DNA of 64,000 bases from Rikenellaceae bacterium (GTDB taxonomy: Bacteria > Bacteroidota > Bacteroidia > Bacteroidales > Rikenellaceae): NCBI GenBank assembly GCA_047173645.1, contig JBCQUZ010000001.1, positions 219-64,218 on the forward strand. The letters run 5' to 3'. The translations under genes were made by a program, and so were the position numbers. The notes beneath the pieces are model-generated. The model did no database searches. It saw only the letters and a list, made by a program, of their open reading frames with translations, and was not told where the DNA came from. Positions 48,637 through 60,180 of the stretch are shown piece after piece. How positions within the stretch are numbered: position 1 is the first letter of the stretch; every line of letters begins with the position of its first letter.

Positions 48637-50997
48637 ATGAGATATTTAACCTTAATTATCGCTTGCCTGTTTGCTCTAAGTGCAAATGGGCAAGTTGCGC
48701 AAAAAGCCCTAAAAGGAAAAAAAATTCTTTACATCGAGCGCCATCAATATGGGCGCGACCACCACAATACCGAGACTCTATTTCAGGTGGGCGAGATCAA
48801 TACCGCGAAGTTCAATCCTGGATCGGCTATGCGTATTTATGACGTCGACACCAAACAGATCACAACTCTCATCGAATCTGAGACGGGTGTAGTGCGCGAT
48901 CCAGAGTTGTCGTATGACGCGAAGAAGATTATCTTCTCAATGCGTAAGGATATTAACGATGGATACCATATATACGAGATGAATGTTGATGGTTCGGGGC
49001 TCAAGCAGTTGACCTCGGCTGTGGGGGTGTCGGATATTGACCCTGTATATCTTCCCGATGGGGGAATTATCTTTTCGTCGACTCGCGAACCAAAATATTG
49101 TATGTGTAATCGCCACATTATGGCGAATTTGTATCGCATGAATGCAGATGGTGCAAATATCACACAGTTGGGCGTAAGTACCCTTTTTGAGGGTCATGCG
49201 ACGGTGATGAATGATGGACGTATTTTGTATGATAGATGGGAGTATGTAGATCGTAACTTTGGTGATGCTCAAGGACTCTGGACTGTGAATCCTGATGGAA
49301 CTAAACACGCCATATATTATGGCAATAACTCCTCGCGCCCTGGTGGTGTGATAGATGGTCGTGCGATCCCAGGGAGCGATAAGGTCGCTTGTATTTTTGG
49401 TTCGTGCCACGATTTGCCATGGGGTGCGTTGGTGATCCTAGATCGCAAGCAGGGGGTCGATGGAGTCGATGCTGTGGTGGATATATTCCCTCGCGAGAGT
49501 CGCGAAAAGATTACGACCAAGGGTAACTGGGACACCTTTAGAACCATCACCAAAACTTACGAAGATCCATATCCGCTCAACGAACGCGAATTTTTGGTCG
49601 CTCGCAAGATTGACACCCTAACAAACACAGTCAAAGGAGATATGAGAGTTGCACCAACAGCTCCCGAGAATTTCCGCACAGGATTATACTACCTCACAAC
49701 CGATGGTGTGGAGGAGCAAATATTGCGTAGCGAGACTCAATCGCTCTTTGATCCGATGATTATCGAGCCTCGCATGGTGCCAAATGCGATCCCTTCGATG
49801 CGTAACTATACCGATAATGTCGGAACCTTCTATGTTCAAAATGTATATGAAGGAACCCATATGAAGGGTGTCGAAAAGGGTGTCGCTAAGTGGTTGCGAA
49901 TTATCGAAACACCTCCAAAGCGCACATGGGTAACTCAAAAGTGGGGTGGTCAAGGTGCTCAAGCTCCAGGAATAAATTGGCATAGTTTCGAGGTGAAGAA
50001 TATCTTGGGTGTGGTGCCAATCGAGGAGGATGGTTCGGCAAATTTCGAGGCTCCAGCAGGTACGTTTATCTACTTCCAACTTCTCGACAAAGATATGAAG
50101 ATGATCCACTCTATGCGTAGTGGTGTGTCGTTGATGCCAGGCGAGGTGAATGGATGTATCGGTTGCCATGAGGATCGAATCAATATCCCACCTGCGATGC
50201 CAACTCTCCCCACAGCTCTAAAGAAGCCTGCAATTAAGGCGGAGGAGTGGGTTGATGCCGATCGTAAGAACTTCTCGTTTATGGAGCGTGTGCAACCAAT
50301 CTTCGATCAACACTGTATGAAGTGCCACGATTTTGACCCTAGTGATAGAGGTAGCTTGGTGTTGGCGGGTGATAAAAACCCATTCTTTAATGCGGCATAT
50401 ATAAATCTGTATGTAACGGGTCAACTCAAACTAATTGGAGGAGGTCCTGCCGAGACTCAACAAGCATATGCGTGGGGTTCGCACAAGAGCAACCTAACTC
50501 GCATAATCGAGAATCGCGAACAGCAACACACGAAGCTAAAACTCAGCGATGAGGAGAAGCAGACTCTATATACATGGATGGATATAAATGGAACATACTA
50601 TCCAACATACGAGACTGCTTTTGGCGACAATATGGCAGGTCGTTCGCCTCTCACCGCAGCCGAGATTAAGGAGCTCACGGAGCTTACGGGGGTAAACTTT
50701 GGAAAACTCAATATTCATAGTCGTAAAGTTACGGCTCAAGTGTCGTTTGATCGTCCCGAGATGAGCCCATGTTTGGATGGTATAAAGCTCGATGTAGCTA
50801 AATATAAACGAGCAGTGGAGATAATTGCTTTGGGTGGCGAGAGATTAAAGACAACCCCACGTGGCGATATAGAGTCGCAATTGGTGGTGTGCGAACAGCA
50901 ACGTAAACAACTCGAAAACTACTCACGACGACTTAGCGAAGAGCTACAAAACAGCTGTAATATCGATACATCTACAAAGCGATATGACCAAAAATAA
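48637..50997 (+). CDS. Secreted HzsA-related protein (TolB-like propeller, hydrazine synthase alpha middle-like domain, two CxxCH)
   Basis: Signal peptide; DPELSYDAKKIIFS and DPVYLPDG.I.FSSTR blades; G.VP.EEDGSA.F.APAG..IYFQLLD...MRS; CIGCH and CMKCH. Own promoter TATCTTTG at 48598. Confidence 0.75.
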   Translation: MRYLTLIIACLFALSANGQVAQKALKGKKILYIERHQYGRDHHNTETLFQVGEINTAKFNPGSAMRIYDVDTKQITTLIESETGVVRDPELSYDAKKIIFSMRKDINDGYHIYEMNVDGSGLKQLTSAVGVSDIDPVYLPDGGIIFSSTREPKYCMCNRHIMANLYRMNADGANITQLGVSTLFEGHATVMNDGRILYDRWEYVDRNFGDAQGLWTVNPDGTKHAIYYGNNSSRPGGVIDGRAIPGSDKVACIFGSCHDLPWGALVILDRKQGVDGVDAVVDIFPRESREKITTKGNWDTFRTITKTYEDPYPLNEREFLVARKIDTLTNTVKGDMRVAPTAPENFRTGLYYLTTDGVEEQILRSETQSLFDPMIIEPRMVPNAIPSMRNYTDNVGTFYVQNVYEGTHMKGVEKGVAKWLRIIETPPKRTWVTQKWGGQGAQAPGINWHSFEVKNILGVVPIEEDGSANFEAPAGTFIYFQLLDKDMKMIHSMRSGVSLMPGEVNGCIGCHEDRINIPPAMPTLPTALKKPAIKAEEWVDADRKNFSFMERVQPIFDQHCMKCHDFDPSDRGSLVLAGDKNPFFNAAYINLYVTGQLKLIGGGPAETQQAYAWGSHKSNLTRIIENREQQHTKLKLSDEEKQTLYTWMDINGTYYPTYETAFGDNMAGRSPLTAAEIKELTELTGVNFGKLNIHSRKVTAQVSFDRPEMSPCLDGIKLDVAKYKRAVEIIALGGERLKTTPRGDIESQLVVCEQQRKQLENYSRRLSEELQNSCNIDTSTKRYDQK

Positions 50998-51024
50998 ATA
51001 TTAAAAAAATGTTAAGACAAAAAG

Positions 51025-51055
51025 TTTGAAAAATAAAAAAATATCTATATCTTTG
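51025..51055 (+). promoter_or_regulatory. pyr operon promoter
   Basis: TTTG (51025-51028) and TATCTTTG (51048-51055). Confidence 0.75.
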
Positions 51056-51071
51056 TGTCGAAATTAAAACA

Positions 51072-51170
51072 ATGATGAAAAAGTTCACTCAAATATTGGC
51101 AGCTTGCTGGCAGCGATTTGGCACCTTTAATGGAGCTACTATTTCTGTTTATTTGGGTAATTGTTTATAA
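51072..51170 (+). CDS. Putative 32-aa pyr leader peptide
   Basis: MMKKFTQILAACWQRFGTFNGATISVYLGNCL*, with an A-rich start context, between the promoter and a terminator. Confidence 0.6.
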   Translation: MMKKFTQILAACWQRFGTFNGATISVYLGNCL

Positions 51171-51174
51171 TACT

Positions 51175-51204
51175 AAGGGTAACCATTTGGTTACCTTTTT
51201 TTTT
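51175..51204 (+). terminator. Attenuator-type terminator upstream of pyrC
   Basis: GGTAACC-ATTT-GGTTACC followed by T9, ending about 40 nt before the pyrC ATG. Confidence 0.8.
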
Positions 51205-51245
51205 GCACGCGCTAATGTAGCACTAATATATAGAGAGCTTAAGAG

Positions 51246-52514
51246 ATGAAAACGATAATTAAAGGGGCAAAATATTATACTCCTCAAGGGAGCAAAATCG
51301 GCGATGTAGCTATCTCTGAGGGGGTAATTACAGCCATCAGCAACCAAATCACACCCGAAGAGGGGGATCAAATCATCTCTTTGGATGGTGGGTATTTGAT
51401 GCCTGGATTGGTCGATGTTCATGTCCATTTGCGAGAGCCTGGATTTGCAAAGAAGGAGACTATCCTAAGCGGAACCAAAGCAGCGGCAAGAGGTGGTTTT
51501 ACGACCGTTTTCTCGATGCCAAATCTATATCCTGCGCCCGATTCGCCCGAGACTCTAAAACAGCAAACCGATATTATAGATCGCGATGCGGTTATCGAGG
51601 TGATCCCCTACTCATCAATCACGATGGGGCAGATGGGTAAAGGCGAACTTGTCGATTTCGAGACGATGGCTCCTATGGTTGGGGGATTCTCGGATGATGG
51701 TCGCGGAGTGCAAAGCGCGGAGTTGATGTTGGAGGCTATGCAGATGGCAACAAAGGTTAACCGACCAATCGTGTCGCACTGCGAAGTAGATGAACTTTTG
51801 CATGGCGGATATATTCACGATGGGGAGTATTGCAAAGCGAATGGTCACAAGCCAAATTGCTCCGAGAGCGAATGGGGGCAAGTGGTGCGCGATATGGCGC
51901 TAGTCGAGGAGGCTGGATGTCAATATCATGCGTGTCACATCTCGACAAAGGAGAGTGTGGAGGCTATCCGCCAAGCGAAGGCGAAGGGACTAAGAGTTAG
52001 TTGCGAGACGGCACCTCACTACCTATTGCTCACGGATGATGATTTGCAGGAGGATGGACGCTTCAAGATGAACCCTCCAATCCGCTCTGCTCAAGATCAA
52101 TTGGCGCTAATTAACGGAATTAAGGATGGCACAGTTGAGGTTATTGCGACCGACCATGCGCCACATACCGCCGAGGAGAAGGGTAGTGGACTTGCTACAA
52201 GCGCCTTTGGAATCGTAGGAATCGAGTGCTCTTTTGCACTCTGCTATACTTACTTGGTGCGTCGAGGCGTTATAACATTAGAGAAGTTAGTGGAGTTGAT
52301 GGCTATAAACCCACGCAAACTATTTGCTATGGAACCAGTGGCGATAGAGGTGGGATCCAAAGCAGACCTCACAGCGTTTGATTTGGATGCAGAATACACC
52401 ATCGACCCCAACGAATTTGTGTCGATGGGGCGCGCAACACCCTTTGCGGGGTGGAGAGTTTGTGGACGCACGATGCTCACAATGGTGGGTGGGGATGTAG
52501 TTTACAAAGCCTAA
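51246..52514 (+). CDS. pyrC: Dihydroorotase (type I)
   Basis: DVHVHLREPG, AARGGFTT, MPN, KMNPP.R, IATDHAPH. Confidence 0.96.
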   Translation: MKTIIKGAKYYTPQGSKIGDVAISEGVITAISNQITPEEGDQIISLDGGYLMPGLVDVHVHLREPGFAKKETILSGTKAAARGGFTTVFSMPNLYPAPDSPETLKQQTDIIDRDAVIEVIPYSSITMGQMGKGELVDFETMAPMVGGFSDDGRGVQSAELMLEAMQMATKVNRPIVSHCEVDELLHGGYIHDGEYCKANGHKPNCSESEWGQVVRDMALVEEAGCQYHACHISTKESVEAIRQAKAKGLRVSCETAPHYLLLTDDDLQEDGRFKMNPPIRSAQDQLALINGIKDGTVEVIATDHAPHTAEEKGSGLATSAFGIVGIECSFALCYTYLVRRGVITLEKLVELMAINPRKLFAMEPVAIEVGSKADLTAFDLDAEYTIDPNEFVSMGRATPFAGWRVCGRTMLTMVGGDVVYKA

Positions 52515-52570
52515 ATTTAGAGAAGAAAAATTAAAAATAAACAACGAACAATAATAGACAACGAAAAAAG

Positions 52571-53662
52571 ATGAGACCCTACACGAAAAAAATCGTCTTG
52601 GAGAATGGCCGCGAATTTTACGGCTATGGCTTCGGAGCAGACCGTGAAGCGATCAACGAGATCGTATTCAACACCTCGATGGTGGGATACCAAGAGATCC
52701 TTTCGGATCCTTCGTACACCGATCAGATGGTTGTGATGACCTACCCATTGATAGGAAACTACGGAACTGCCGATGAAGATTACGAAACCAAATTCCCATC
52801 AATAGGTGGAATGATCGTTAGAGAGTATAACGATATGCCGAGTAACTTCCGATACACAAAGACTTTGAACGAGGTTTTTGAGGAGCACAACATCCCTGCA
52901 ATCGAGGGAATCGACACACGTCTGCTCACTCGTATAATTCGCGATGAGGGTTCTCAAAGAGTTATGATTACATCGATCGATACCCCTGTTGAGGAGGCTT
53001 TGGAGCGCATGGCGGCAACTCCAATTCCAACAGATATGGTATCACGTGTAAGTTGCAAGAAGAGATGGTTCTCGCGCACGCCCAACCACCAATATGATGT
53101 TGTGGCTATCGACTGCGGAATCAAATATAATATCATCCGCAAATTCAACGAGAAGGATTGCAATGTGATTGTGGTACCTTATAACACCCCAATCGAGGAT
53201 ATTTTGGCACTTAAACCCGATGGAGTATTCTTGTCGAATGGACCAGGTGATCCAGAGTATGTTACGCCAGTTATCAACTTGGTGAAGGAACTTAAGGGTA
53301 AACTTCCAATCTTTGGAATCTGTATGGGTCACCAAATGGTATGTTTGGCTTATGGAGCTTCGACTTTCAAGATGAAGTTTGGACACCGCGGAGGAAACCA
53401 CCCTGTGAAGTGTCTAGCATCGGGCAAGGTCGAGATCACCAGCCAAAACCATAGCTACGCTGTGGAGGCGGATTCGCTCAAGCGTACAAAGTTGGAGATG
53501 ACTCACGTAAATATTTTGGACAACACCGCCGAAGGTGTTGAGTGTGTTGAAGATAAGATCTTCTCGGTTCAATACCACCCTGAAAGTGCGCCAGGACCAC
53601 AAGATAGCGCATACCTTTTCGATAAGTTTATTAAAATGATGGAGGAGAATAGAAATGCCTAA
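52571..53662 (+). CDS. carA: Carbamoyl-phosphate synthase small subunit
   Basis: [34 protein letters not shown]. Confidence 0.97.
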   Translation: MRPYTKKIVLENGREFYGYGFGADREAINEIVFNTSMVGYQEILSDPSYTDQMVVMTYPLIGNYGTADEDYETKFPSIGGMIVREYNDMPSNFRYTKTLNEVFEEHNIPAIEGIDTRLLTRIIRDEGSQRVMITSIDTPVEEALERMAATPIPTDMVSRVSCKKRWFSRTPNHQYDVVAIDCGIKYNIIRKFNEKDCNVIVVPYNTPIEDILALKPDGVFLSNGPGDPEYVTPVINLVKELKGKLPIFGICMGHQMVCLAYGASTFKMKFGHRGGNHPVKCLASGKVEITSQNHSYAVEADSLKRTKLEMTHVNILDNTAEGVECVEDKIFSVQYHPESAPGPQDSAYLFDKFIKMMEENRNA

Positions 53663-56600
53663 GCGTACAGATATTAAGAAAGTTATGGTGATCGGATCGG
53701 GTCCGATCGTTATTGGTCAAGCAGCGGAGTTCGACTATTCGGGAACTCAAGCATGTTTGGCACTCAAGGAGGAGGGTTATGAAGTAGTGTTGGTTAATTC
53801 CAACCCTGCAACTATCATGACCGATACCAACATCGCCGACAAAGTATATATGGAGCCACTAACTTTGGAGTATGTGGCAAAGATCATTCGCTTCGAGCGC
53901 CCAGATGCTATCATCCCAGGTTTGGGAGGTCAAACGGGACTCAACTTGGCGGTTCAATTGGCTAAGAAGGGAGTACTGAAGGAGTGTCAAGTCGAGATCT
54001 TGGGAACATCGTTCGAGAGTATCGAGGAGGCTGAGGATCGTGAGCTTTTCAAGGAGTTGTGCGAAAGATTGGGCGAGCCAGTGTTGCCTTCGGTTATCAC
54101 AACAACTATCGAGGAGGCGGTAGATGCCGCTAAGGAGATCGGCTACCCAGTGGTGTTGCGCCCTGCATTTACGTTGGGTGGAACAGGCGGTGGTTTTGCG
54201 GATGACGAACCACAACTTCGCGATATGATGCGTACCGCGTTGGCTCTTTCGCCCGTGCACCAAGTGTTGGTCGAGAAGAGTATCAAGGGTTACAAAGAGA
54301 TTGAGTATGAGGTGATGAGAGATGCTAACGATACGGCTATCGCAATCTGTAATATGGAGAATATCGACCCTGTGGGTGTCCACACGGGAGACTCTGTGGT
54401 TGTTGCTCCATCGCAAACTTTGACCAATAGAGAGTATCAAATGCTTCGCGATTCATCATTGAAGATTATCCGTGAGCTTAAAATCGAGGGTGGATGTAAT
54501 GTGCAATTTGCGTTGGATCCATTGTCGTTCCAATATTTCCTTATCGAGGTGAACCCTCGTGTGTCGCGTTCGTCGGCTTTGGCATCGAAGGCTACGGGTT
54601 ACCCAATTGCGCGCGTGAGTGCGAAGATTGCGGTGGGTATGCACCTCGACGAGATCCAAATCGCAAATACCCCTGCGTCGTTTGAGCCTGCGTTGGATTA
54701 TGTTGTTACCAAGATCGCACGCTTCCCATTCGATAAATTTACCGATGTATCGAATAGCCTTGGTACTCAAATGAAGGCAACAGGTGAGGTGATGTCTATC
54801 GGTCGCACAATGGAGGAGTCTCTGCTTAAGGCGGTGCGTTCGTTGGAGACTGGTGTTTGCCACTTGTATCACAAGAAGTTCGATAGAATGTCGGATCGCG
54901 ATATGTTGCGTTACATTAAGGATGGAACAGATGATAGATTGTTCGCGGTGGCTCAACTTATCCGCAATGGAATTGATTTGACACTTATATATAGCGCCTC
55001 GAAGATTGATATGTTCTTCCTCGAGAAGTTTAAAAATATCGTTGAGTTCGAGAGTGTTGTAGCATCAAATATTGATGATGTGGAGACTCTTCGCGACGCT
55101 AAGAAGATGGGATTCTCCGACAAATATATCGGCGAGTTGTGGGGCAAATCGGAGCACGATATGTACTATATGCGCAAGGAGAATGGAATCTACCCTGTAT
55201 ATAAGATGATCGACACCTGTGCAAGTGAGTTTAGCTCATATGTACCATACTTCTACTCTACTTATGAGATTGAGAATGAGTCGATTGTGTCGAACCGCGA
55301 GAAGATCGTAGTGTTGGGTTCGGGACCAATCCGTATTGGTCAAGGTGTGGAGTTTGATTACTCTACAGTTCACGCTATTTGGTCTATCCAAGAGGCTGGT
55401 TTCGAGGCTATTATCATCAACAACAACCCCGAGACTGTATCGACCGACTACACAACTTCAGACAAACTATACTTCGAGCCTCTAACAGTGGAGGATGTAA
55501 TGAATATCCTCGATTACGAGAAGCCAAAGGGTGTGATCGTAACTTTGGGCGGACAAACCGCAATCAACTTGGCGGAGCCATTGGCTAAGCTAGGGGTGCC
55601 AATCATCGGAACAGGTGTCGAGGGAATCCGCAACGCAGAGGATAGAGGTTACTTCGAGAGAATCATGGAGGAGCTCAAAATCCCACAACCTATGGCTGAG
55701 GCTGTTACCGAGATCGAGGCTGGAGTTGCTGCTGCTGAGCGCATTGGCTATCCAGTTTTGGTACGTCCAAGTTATGTGTTGGGAGGTCGTGCGATGCAGA
55801 TCGTATCGTGCGAGGAGCGTTTGCGCCACTACCTACACACCGCGGTTGAGGTGAATGTGGACTCGCCAGTTTTGGTCGATCGCTACATCATGGGTAAGGA
55901 GTTGGAGGTAGATGCAATTTGCGATGGCAAGAAGGTATTTATCCCTGGAATCATGGAGCATGTCGAGCGCACAGGTATCCACTCTGGTGACTCGATAAGT
56001 GTTTATCCAACATTCTCGGTGAGCGAAAATGTGAAGTCGAAGATCATCGAATATACAACCGCACTAGGTCTACGCATCGGAATCATCGGTCTTTACAACA
56101 TCCAATTTATCGTCGACGATAAGGATGAGGTATATGTGATCGAGGTGAACCCACGTTCGTCGCGTACCGTTCCATTCCTTTCGAAGGCTACAGGTGTGCC
56201 AATGGCAGACATCGCAACACGTGTGATCTTGGGTACATCGCTTAAGGATCAAGGAATTATCCACACTACAGCGCCACTTAAGGATCGTTGGTATGTGAAG
56301 GCTCCAGCATTCTCATTTGCTAAGATTCGTGGTATGGAGTCATACCTCTCACCCGAGATGAAGTCAACGGGAGAGGCTATCGGATATGATAAGAGATTGA
56401 CACGTGCGCTTTATAAGGCGCTCCAATCATCGGGTATGGCGGTTGCGAACTATGGAACAATTTTGGTAACTATTGCCGATGATGATAAGGATCGCGCACT
56501 TCCACTTGTGCGCCGTTTTTACAACCTTGGATTCAACATCGAGGCGACACCTGGAACAGCAGAGTATTTGCGCGAAAAGGGTATCAGAACTCGCGTGCGT

Positions 56601-56837
56601 CGCAAGATCTCTTCGGGAAGCAACGAGATCATAGAGTCGCTTCGTCAAGGTCATGTAAACTATATCATCAACACCAACGACATCAACCAACACAGCTCAC
56701 GCTTAGAGGGTTATGATATTCGTCGTGCAGCGGTTGAGAATAATGTTACGGTGTTTACAGCCCTCGAAACAGTAAAAGTTGTCCTCGACGTATTAGAGGA
56801 GATAACCTTTGGAGTATCGACAATTGACGCAGAGTAA
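53655..56837 (+). CDS. carB: Carbamoyl-phosphate synthase large subunit
   Basis: [17 protein letters not shown], duplicated ATP-grasp domains, EVNPR, MGS domain. Confidence 0.98.
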   Translation: MPKRTDIKKVMVIGSGPIVIGQAAEFDYSGTQACLALKEEGYEVVLVNSNPATIMTDTNIADKVYMEPLTLEYVAKIIRFERPDAIIPGLGGQTGLNLAVQLAKKGVLKECQVEILGTSFESIEEAEDRELFKELCERLGEPVLPSVITTTIEEAVDAAKEIGYPVVLRPAFTLGGTGGGFADDEPQLRDMMRTALALSPVHQVLVEKSIKGYKEIEYEVMRDANDTAIAICNMENIDPVGVHTGDSVVVAPSQTLTNREYQMLRDSSLKIIRELKIEGGCNVQFALDPLSFQYFLIEVNPRVSRSSALASKATGYPIARVSAKIAVGMHLDEIQIANTPASFEPALDYVVTKIARFPFDKFTDVSNSLGTQMKATGEVMSIGRTMEESLLKAVRSLETGVCHLYHKKFDRMSDRDMLRYIKDGTDDRLFAVAQLIRNGIDLTLIYSASKIDMFFLEKFKNIVEFESVVASNIDDVETLRDAKKMGFSDKYIGELWGKSEHDMYYMRKENGIYPVYKMIDTCASEFSSYVPYFYSTYEIENESIVSNREKIVVLGSGPIRIGQGVEFDYSTVHAIWSIQEAGFEAIIINNNPETVSTDYTTSDKLYFEPLTVEDVMNILDYEKPKGVIVTLGGQTAINLAEPLAKLGVPIIGTGVEGIRNAEDRGYFERIMEELKIPQPMAEAVTEIEAGVAAAERIGYPVLVRPSYVLGGRAMQIVSCEERLRHYLHTAVEVNVDSPVLVDRYIMGKELEVDAICDGKKVFIPGIMEHVERTGIHSGDSISVYPTFSVSENVKSKIIEYTTALGLRIGIIGLYNIQFIVDDKDEVYVIEVNPRSSRTVPFLSKATGVPMADIATRVILGTSLKDQGIIHTTAPLKDRWYVKAPAFSFAKIRGMESYLSPEMKSTGEAIGYDKRLTRALYKALQSSGMAVANYGTILVTIADDDKDRALPLVRRFYNLGFNIEATPGTAEYLREKGIRTRVRRKISSGSNEIIESLRQGHVNYIINTNDINQHSSRLEGYDIRRAAVENNVTVFTALETVKVVLDVLEEITFGVSTIDAE

Positions 56838-56839
56838 AT

Positions 56840-57577
56840 ATGTATAAAAAAAATATATATACTGTAACATCCAATGAGGCGTTGACTTCCAACGTCTTTA
56901 GGATGGTGCTGGAGGGTGATGTTCAATACATCACCTCTCCTGGGCAGTTTGTAAATATAGCTTTGGAGGGTCGTTTCCTGCGTCGCCCAATCTCGGTTTG
57001 TGACTATGACGACAAGAGCTTTACCATAATATATAAGGTGGTGGGCGAAGGAACTGCCGACATGAGCCGTATGGAGGTGGGCACACAGCTCGACATCCTC
57101 ACAGGTCTAGGCAATGGATTCTCGACTAAGAACCACTTCCAACGACCACTTTTGGTTGGCGGTGGAGTTGGAGTGCCTCCATTGTATAACCTCTGTAAGG
57201 TGCTCCTAAATCAAGGTAAGCAACCAACTGTTGTGTTGGGGTTTAACACGGCCGACGAGGTATTTATGAACGAGGAGTTTGCCGCTTTGGGAGTCGATGT
57301 TATCGTCACAACAGCCGATGGATCGTTTGGTCAAAAGGGGTTTGTGACGGCAGCGTTACCTGCAATTAAGTTCAACTACCTCTACACTTGTGGGCCACTT
57401 CCGATGCTTAAGGCGCTGTGGGACGCAACGCTAAATGTGCGTGGAGAGTATAGCTTCGAGGAGCGCATGGGTTGCGGATTTGGAGCGTGTGTGGGTTGCA
57501 CCTGCAAAACAAAATATGGTAATAAGCGCATCTGCAAGGATGGGCCAGTATTAGATAGGGAGGAGATTATATGGTAG
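56840..57577 (+). CDS. pyrK: Dihydroorotate dehydrogenase electron transfer subunit
   Basis: RRPIS, GGGVG.PP, CGP..M, MGCGFGACVGC...CKDGPV. Confidence 0.95.
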   Translation: MYKKNIYTVTSNEALTSNVFRMVLEGDVQYITSPGQFVNIALEGRFLRRPISVCDYDDKSFTIIYKVVGEGTADMSRMEVGTQLDILTGLGNGFSTKNHFQRPLLVGGGVGVPPLYNLCKVLLNQGKQPTVVLGFNTADEVFMNEEFAALGVDVIVTTADGSFGQKGFVTAALPAIKFNYLYTCGPLPMLKALWDATLNVRGEYSFEERMGCGFGACVGCTCKTKYGNKRICKDGPVLDREEIIW

Positions 57578-58494
57578 TGAATGGCAAAGATTTAGGCGTT
57601 GAGTTGTGTGGACTTGCGCTCGATAATCCAATCGTTCCAGCGAGTGGAACATTTGGTTTTGGCGAAGATTTCAAAGATTTTTACGACATTAATATCCTCG
57701 GGTCATTCTCGTTTAAGGGTACCACGCGTGAAGCGCGCTTTGGTAACCCAACACCTCGAATTGCGGAGTGTAGAGAGGGAATGATTAACTCTGTAGGTTT
57801 GCAAAATCCTGGTATTGATGCTGTTATACAAAACATCATGCCCGATATGCGCAAATATTTCCGCAAACCTGTTGTTGCTAATATCAGCGGTTTTTCGATC
57901 GAGGAGTATGTATATTGCTGTGAGCGAATAGATAAGCTCGACCAAGTGGGAATCATCGAGGTGAATGTTAGTTGCCCAAATGTGCGCCACGGAGGTATGA
58001 GTTTTGGAACATCGCCCGAACACGCAGCGGAGGTTACGCGTGCGGTGAAGGCGGTGACTACCAAGCCTGTGTTTATTAAGTTGAGCCCAAATGTAACGGA
58101 TATTGTCGAGATCGCAAAGGCTTGTGAAGAGGCAGGAGCCGATGGTATATGTCTTATAAACACTCTGTTGGGTATGCGTATTGATACTTTGCGTCGTCGT
58201 CCAGTGATCGCCAATACAATGGGTGGATTCTCAGGTTCGGCAATCTTCCCAATCGCTCTTCGCATGGTTTATCAGGTTAGCAAGGCGTGCAAAATCCCAG
58301 TTATGGGCTGCGGAGGAGTTGCGTCGGCAGCGGATGTTATCGAGATGATGATGGCAGGAGCCACAGCGGTGCAGGTGGGAGCAGAGAATCTGCGTAACCC
58401 CTATGCTTGTAAGGAGATTATCGAGGCTCTGCCAGCCGAGATGGAGCGATTAGGTATTGAGTCACTTCGCGACATTATCGGAATTGTAAAGTAA
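57571..58494 (+). CDS. pyrD: Dihydroorotate dehydrogenase family 1B catalytic subunit
   Basis: ASGTFG, GN.TPR, NSVGLQNPG, EVNVSCPN, KLSPN, INT. Confidence 0.96.
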   Translation: MVVNGKDLGVELCGLALDNPIVPASGTFGFGEDFKDFYDINILGSFSFKGTTREARFGNPTPRIAECREGMINSVGLQNPGIDAVIQNIMPDMRKYFRKPVVANISGFSIEEYVYCCERIDKLDQVGIIEVNVSCPNVRHGGMSFGTSPEHAAEVTRAVKAVTTKPVFIKLSPNVTDIVEIAKACEEAGADGICLINTLLGMRIDTLRRRPVIANTMGGFSGSAIFPIALRMVYQVSKACKIPVMGCGGVASAADVIEMMMAGATAVQVGAENLRNPYACKEIIEALPAEMERLGIESLRDIIGIVK

Positions 58495-58516
58495 ACTACC
58501 TAAAACCTAATAGAAT

Positions 58517-59221
58517 ATGACAAAGAGAGATGTAATTATAGCGTGCGACTTTGCGAGCGCAGAGGAGACATTCGTGTTTCTTGACAAATTTAAGGATCAA
58601 CCACGCAAACCATTTGTAAAGATCGGAATGGAGCTCTTCTATGCCGAAGGTCCAACTATCGTGCGCGAAATCAAGGCGCGCGGACACCAAATATTTTTGG
58701 ATCTTAAGCTCCACGACATCCCAAACACCGTCAAAAAGGCGATGAGCGTACTCTCGCGCTTGGATGTCGATATGTGTAACCTCCATGCGGCAGGAACCAT
58801 CGAGATGATGAAGTATGCTGTGGAGGGTCTCACTCGTCCCGACGGCACACGCCCACTTTTGTTGGCTGTTACGCAACTAACATCGACTAGCGAGGAGCGT
58901 ATGCAGAAGGATTTGTTGATCGGATCGACTATCCAAGAGACTATAGTTCACTATGCTAAAAATGCCAAGGAGGCAGGATTGGATGGTGTGGTATGTTCGC
59001 CTTTGGAGTCGGGAATGGTTCACTCAGCGTGTGGCGATGAGTTCTTGACAGTGACTCCTGGAGTACGTTTTGCCGATGGCGAAGTGGCAGATCAAGTGCG
59101 AGTTACAACCCCTGCAAAGGCTAAGGAGATCGGTTCGAACTATATTGTTGTAGGTCGTCCAATCACCGCAGCGGAGGATGTTGTGGCAGCATATTTGCGT
59201 TGTGTTGCAGAATTTTGTTAA
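58517..59221 (+). CDS. pyrF: Orotidine-5'-phosphate decarboxylase (short type)
   Basis: [30 protein letters not shown]. Confidence 0.96.
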   Translation: MTKRDVIIACDFASAEETFVFLDKFKDQPRKPFVKIGMELFYAEGPTIVREIKARGHQIFLDLKLHDIPNTVKKAMSVLSRLDVDMCNLHAAGTIEMMKYAVEGLTRPDGTRPLLLAVTQLTSTSEERMQKDLLIGSTIQETIVHYAKNAKEAGLDGVVCSPLESGMVHSACGDEFLTVTPGVRFADGEVADQVRVTTPAKAKEIGSNYIVVGRPITAAEDVVAAYLRCVAEFC

Positions 59222-59242
59222 CATACATACACACACACAACC

Positions 59243-59506
59243 ATGAAAAAGATCACACTCTTCGTACTCGAAAACTGCCCATTCTGCAAAAAGGCACTCC
59301 GTTATATTGACGAAGCAAAGGCAGAGAATCCAGCCTTCAATGACCTCGAAATAGAGATCATCGACGAAGGTAAGGAGCCCGAATTGGCAGATACATACGA
59401 TTATTATTACGTTCCAACTTTCTATTTCGGACGCGAAAAGATCCACGAAGGAGGCATCTATCCACCCGAAGTGAAGGAGATACTCACAAAAGCATTAGAA
59501 CAATAA
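59243..59506 (+). CDS. Glutaredoxin/thioredoxin-like protein
   Basis: CPFC motif and YYVPTF cis-Pro; 87 aa. Confidence 0.88.
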   Translation: MKKITLFVLENCPFCKKALRYIDEAKAENPAFNDLEIEIIDEGKEPELADTYDYYYVPTFYFGREKIHEGGIYPPEVKEILTKALEQ

Positions 59507-59518
59507 AATCATAAATAA

Positions 59519-60148
59519 ATGGAGAATATTATAGCAAAAGATCTACTCTCAATTGGAGCAGTATTTCTTCGCCCTCAAGAGCCCTTCACATGGGCGAGTG
59601 GCATCAAAAGCCCTATCTATTGCGACAACCGCCTAACCCTCTCAGCTCCCGACGTGAGAGACCACGTAGAGGCTGGATTGGCTAGAATCGTAAAGGAAAA
59701 ATTTCCTGAAGCAGAGATCCTTATGGGAACTTCAACAGCTGGAATCGCACACGCTGCTATCACCGCAACGATCCTCGACTTGCCGATGGGTTACGTGCGT
59801 AGCGGATCTAAGGATCATGGTCGTGGCAACCAAATTGAGGGTAAGATAACCCCAGGTCAAAAGGTCGTTGTAATCGAGGATTTGATCTCGACAGGTGGAT
59901 CATGTATCGACGTTGTTACGGCTCTTCGCGACGCTGGAGCAGAGGTTCTAGGAATCGCAAGTATCTTCACATATGGCATGAAGAAGGGTGTAGATCGCCT
60001 AGCAGCAGCTAATGTTATCAACTATTCACTATCGAACCTCGACGCTTTGGTAGAGGTTGCAGCAGCCGAAGGATATATCCAAGCAGAAGATAAGGATCGC
60101 CTTATCCGCTTCCGCAACAACCCTTCGGACGAGAGTTGGATGGAGTAA
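59519..60148 (+). CDS. pyrE: Orotate phosphoribosyltransferase
   Basis: [29 protein letters not shown]. Confidence 0.96.
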   Translation: MENIIAKDLLSIGAVFLRPQEPFTWASGIKSPIYCDNRLTLSAPDVRDHVEAGLARIVKEKFPEAEILMGTSTAGIAHAAITATILDLPMGYVRSGSKDHGRGNQIEGKITPGQKVVVIEDLISTGGSCIDVVTALRDAGAEVLGIASIFTYGMKKGVDRLAAANVINYSLSNLDALVEVAAAEGYIQAEDKDRLIRFRNNPSDESWME

Positions 60149-60180
60149 ATAGTCGTTATTCGTAAATAGTCGTTGTGTAA

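Noticed and set aside
48637-50997. Anammox capability
   Set aside because: No hzsB/hzsC or hydrazine dehydrogenase; the genomic context is a fermentative Bacteroidales.
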